Of a stretch of DNA of 64,000 nt, positions 60,776 through 64,000 are shown piece after piece. The notes below the pieces were generated by a model that saw only the letters and a program-made list of their open reading frames with translations, was not told the DNA's origin and searched no databases. Origin of the DNA: Scyliorhinus canicula. Taxonomy: Eukaryota. The stretch's first letter is position 1, and every line of letters begins with the position of its first letter. The DNA is taken from NCBI RefSeq assembly GCF_902713615.1, contig NC_052162.1, positions 115,252,742 through 115,316,741 of the forward strand, read 5' to 3'. Both the position numbers and the translations under genes were made by a program.

Positions 60776-61530
60776 AAGAAGGAGTAAGAAGCTGGTAAAA
60801 AGAAAGGAAAAGATTAGCAAAGGCCAATGTGGGTCCATTCCAGGCAGAGACAGGAGAGTTTATAATGGGGAATAAGGAAATGGCAGAGAAACTAAACAAT
60901 GTGTGTCTGTCTTCACGGAGGAAGATACAGAAATCATCCCAAAAACACTGGAGAACCGAGGAGCTGGTGATCACGAGGAACTGAAAGGAATTAGTCTGAG
61001 TGAAAAAGCAGTGCTGGAGAAATTAACAGGATGGGAAGTCAATAAATCCCCAAAAAACTGATGCTCTACATCCCAGAGTGTTGAAAGAGGCGGCTGTAGA
61101 GATAGTGGATACATTGGTGATCATCATTCAATATTCTGGACTTCCAGTGATGGTAATGTGCTGAGCGGATACACATCAGGTGGCTCTCCTCCAAACCAGA
61201 ACCAAATAGGCACTTTTAGGCAAATATTGCCCAGAAATATGAAGGCAAATTAACCTCAACGGAGAAAAGAAAATCTGTCAAAATTCTCTAGATTCTGGAA
61301 TGGAGTAGGCCATTCAGCCCCTCCAGCCTGCTCCACCATTCAATAAGTCCCTGGCTGATCTAATTGTAACCTCAACTTCACACAGGCCCCTTAGAAAATA
61401 AATCTGGGAGATAGCTATGGGGAATAAGGAAATGGCAAAGGAGTTAAATAGATATTTTGCATCCGTGTTGATTATTCGATTAATGCTAAAAAATATGGGG
61501 GAGGAATTAAATATCACTACCAGAGATGTA
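60776..61530 (+). mobile_element. CR1 fragments with an L1 5'-end piece (~61137-61280)
   Basis: MGNKEMAKELNRYFASV; ggacttccagtgatgg... resembles the L1 5' ends elsewhere in the window. Confidence 0.6.
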
Positions 61531-63430
61531 ATAAGAACAAAGAACGCAAAAAAGTACAGGGCAAGAACAGGCCCTTCGGCCCTCCAACCCTCAGCACATG
61601 ATGCCCTAACTTTAAAACAAACCTTCTGCCCTGACTCGGTCCGTATCCCTCTACTTCCTCCCTATTCATTGACCCATCCAGATGCCTCTTAAATGTTGCT
61701 AATGTGCTGCTTCCACCACATCCTCTGGCAGCGCGTTCCAGGCACCCACCAGTCTCTGTGTGAGAAACTTACTGCGCACATCTCCCTTAAACTTTCCCCC
61801 TCTTACCTTCAACCTGAGCCCCTTTGTAATTGACACTTCACCATTGGAGAAAGCCTCTGACTATCCAACCTGTCGATGCCTCTCATAATTTTGTCGACTG
61901 ATGAAGGCAAGCATGCCATATGCCTTCTGAATCACCTTGGCCACCTGTGTTGCCACATTTGTGGACCTGCACGCCCAGATCCCTCTATCGGTTAATGTTC
62001 TAAGGGTTCTGCCATTTACAGTATAATTCATACCTAGATTTGAACCTCCAAAATGCATCACCTTGCATTATCCGGATTAAACTCCATCTGCCATTGCTGT
62101 GCCCAAGTCTCCAATCTATCTACATCCTGTTGTATCCCTCGGCAATCCTCAGCACTATCAGCAACTCTGCCAATCTTCAATTCCTCAAACTTACTGATCA
62201 GACTACCCACATTTTCTCCAGACCATTTATATTTGCTACAAACAACAGAGATCCCAGCACTGATCCATGCGGAACACCACTAGCTACAGATCTCCATTCT
62301 GAAAAACACCCTTCCATAGCTACTCTCTGTTTCTATAGCCAAGCCAGTTCTGTATCCATCTAGCCAGCCCACCCCGAATCCCACGTGATTTTAGTTTTGT
62401 ACCAGTCTGCCATGTGGGACCTTGTCAAATGCCTACTAAAGTCCATATAAACTGGATTCACAACCATCCCCGCATCAAATTACTTTGTCACCTATTCAAA
62501 AAACTCAATTAAGTTTTTTAAGACATGACTTTCCCCCGTACGAAATATGCTGCCTGTCACTAACTAGTCCATTTTCTGCCAAGTGCGCATATACCCTGTC
62601 CCTCAGTATCTTTTCCAAAAGCTTCCCCAATACTGATGGCAGGCTCACCGGTCCATAATTTTCTTAAATAAGGGAACAACATTGGCTATTCTCTAGTCAT
62701 CTGGAACCTCCCCTGCGGCCAAAGAGGATGTGAAGATATCTGTTAAGGCCCCAAGCATTTCTCCCCTTGCCTCCCGCAGTAACCTGGGATAGATCCCACC
62801 CGGCCCTGGGGACTTGTCTACCTTAATGCAATTTAGGATACTCAAGAATTTCTCCTTTGATATATTGACGTTCTCAAGAGCTGTCACACACCGATCCCTG
62901 ACCTCAACATCCGCCATGCCCTTCTCCCTGGTGAATACCAATACAAAATACTCCTTGGGGATTTCACCCATTTCCTGCGGGTCCACGCATAGCTTTCCTC
63001 CATTGTCCTTGAGTGGGCCTACTCTTTCTCTTGCTAACATCTTGCTTCTAATATATGCGTAAAAAGTAATGGAATTTCTCCTTAACCAGGTTTGCTGAAG
63101 ACATTCCATGGCCCCTTTTAGCTCTCCTAATTCCACGTTTAAGTTCCTTCCTACTTTCACTGTATTCCTCAAGTGCTTCGTCAGTTTTTAGATGACTAGA
63201 CCTATCATATGCTTCCTTTTCCCTTTTGACGAAGCCACAATTTCCCTTGCCATCCATGGTTCCCAAATCCTGCCATTTCTATCCTTTATTTTTGTGGTGA
63301 CATGCCTCTCCAGCACTTCAATCAACTGGCCTGTCAAAGCCTTCCACATGTCAGATGTGGATTACCCTCATATAGCTGCTCCCAATCATCCACATTCCCC
63401 AGTTCCTGTCTAATTTGGATGTAATCGGTC
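61531..63430 (-). mobile_element. CR1 LINE ORF2, internally deleted
   Basis: [29 protein letters not shown]1 tail at 61531-61590. Confidence 0.9.
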
Positions 63431-63519
63431 CTTGCTCAATTAAACACCACTCGCTCCTTCGTAAAGTTGTTCTTTGCATCACCCCAACCATCTCTAATCA
63501 AGCAATACAATTCTGTACC

Positions 63520-63790
63520 ATACACACATTTGTAGTCCAGTAATATCGACATATACAAGGCTCGCAGCTACATTAAGATTTTCCGGTCCCTGTTCTCAGG
63601 ACGGGATGCAGCGAACATGAATTTGTTGACCAGGATGAATTAGGGGGTGTATATTAGGTAGAGCAGAGTGAGAATGGAGGGAGAGTGTTTGGGACAGAGA
63701 TGTACAGCTTTTGGAATGAGAGAGGGAAGAATGTTCAATACAAACGAGAATTGTCTGTTGTGAATTTCTATTCAGTGCTGACACTGCCTT
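63520..63790 (+). other. Conserved ZNF intron block of a further paralogue (exon 2 not in window)
   Basis: agcagagtgagaatggagggagagtgt...aattgtctgtt.tgaatttcta..c.gt.ctgaca matches the block before each ZNF acceptor. Confidence 0.65.
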
Positions 63791-63794
63791 CAAA

Positions 63795-64000
63795 ATATTC
63801 ACTCAGCTTCTACTGCCTTTTGAGGAAAGGAGTTCCAAAGACTCACAACCCTCTGAGAGAAAAAGTTCTCCTCTGCCTTAAATGGGCAAGTTATTACTTT
63901 TAAAGTGACTCCAATTTCTCGATTCTCCCACAAGAGGAAACATCCTTTCCACATCCACCTGTCAAGACCCCTCAGGATCTTATACAGTACAATCAAATCA
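63795..64000 (-). mobile_element. CR1 3' fragment
   Basis: FFSQRVVSLWNSFPQKAVEA. Confidence 0.85.

Noticed and set aside
63795-64000. Similarity between the window end and start (1-295) suggesting a 64-kb tandem duplication
   Set aside because: Both are fragments of the same CR1 subfamily with different flanks.

Overview
Eukaryotic, repeat-dense genomic DNA, almost certainly from a shark/elasmobranch (many HE1-type V-SINEs plus CR1, L1, Rex/Babar and Penelope retroelements). The host-gene content is a cluster of five tandem C2H2 zinc-finger genes (A 17969+, B 30998-, C 33862+, D 48886+, E 57244+) plus three truncated paralogue remnants. They have no recognisable KRAB/SCAN/BTB domain, share a two-exon architecture, and are mostly arranged as head-to-head pairs on a duplicated bidirectional promoter. 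Between them lie a full-length decayed L1-clade LINE with TSD, a decayed spuma/SnRV-like endogenous retrovirus with a gamma-type env start, and a second, related retroviral remnant whose env looks like a foamy-TM/paramyxovirus-F-type fusogen. There are also solo LTRs, a Ty1/copia RT fragment, an ORF1-only (HAL1-like) element and a GC-rich MITE. No prokaryotic features, CRISPR arrays or true tRNA/rRNA genes were seen. All family assignments come from motif recognition by eye, not database searches, and many boundaries are approximate.
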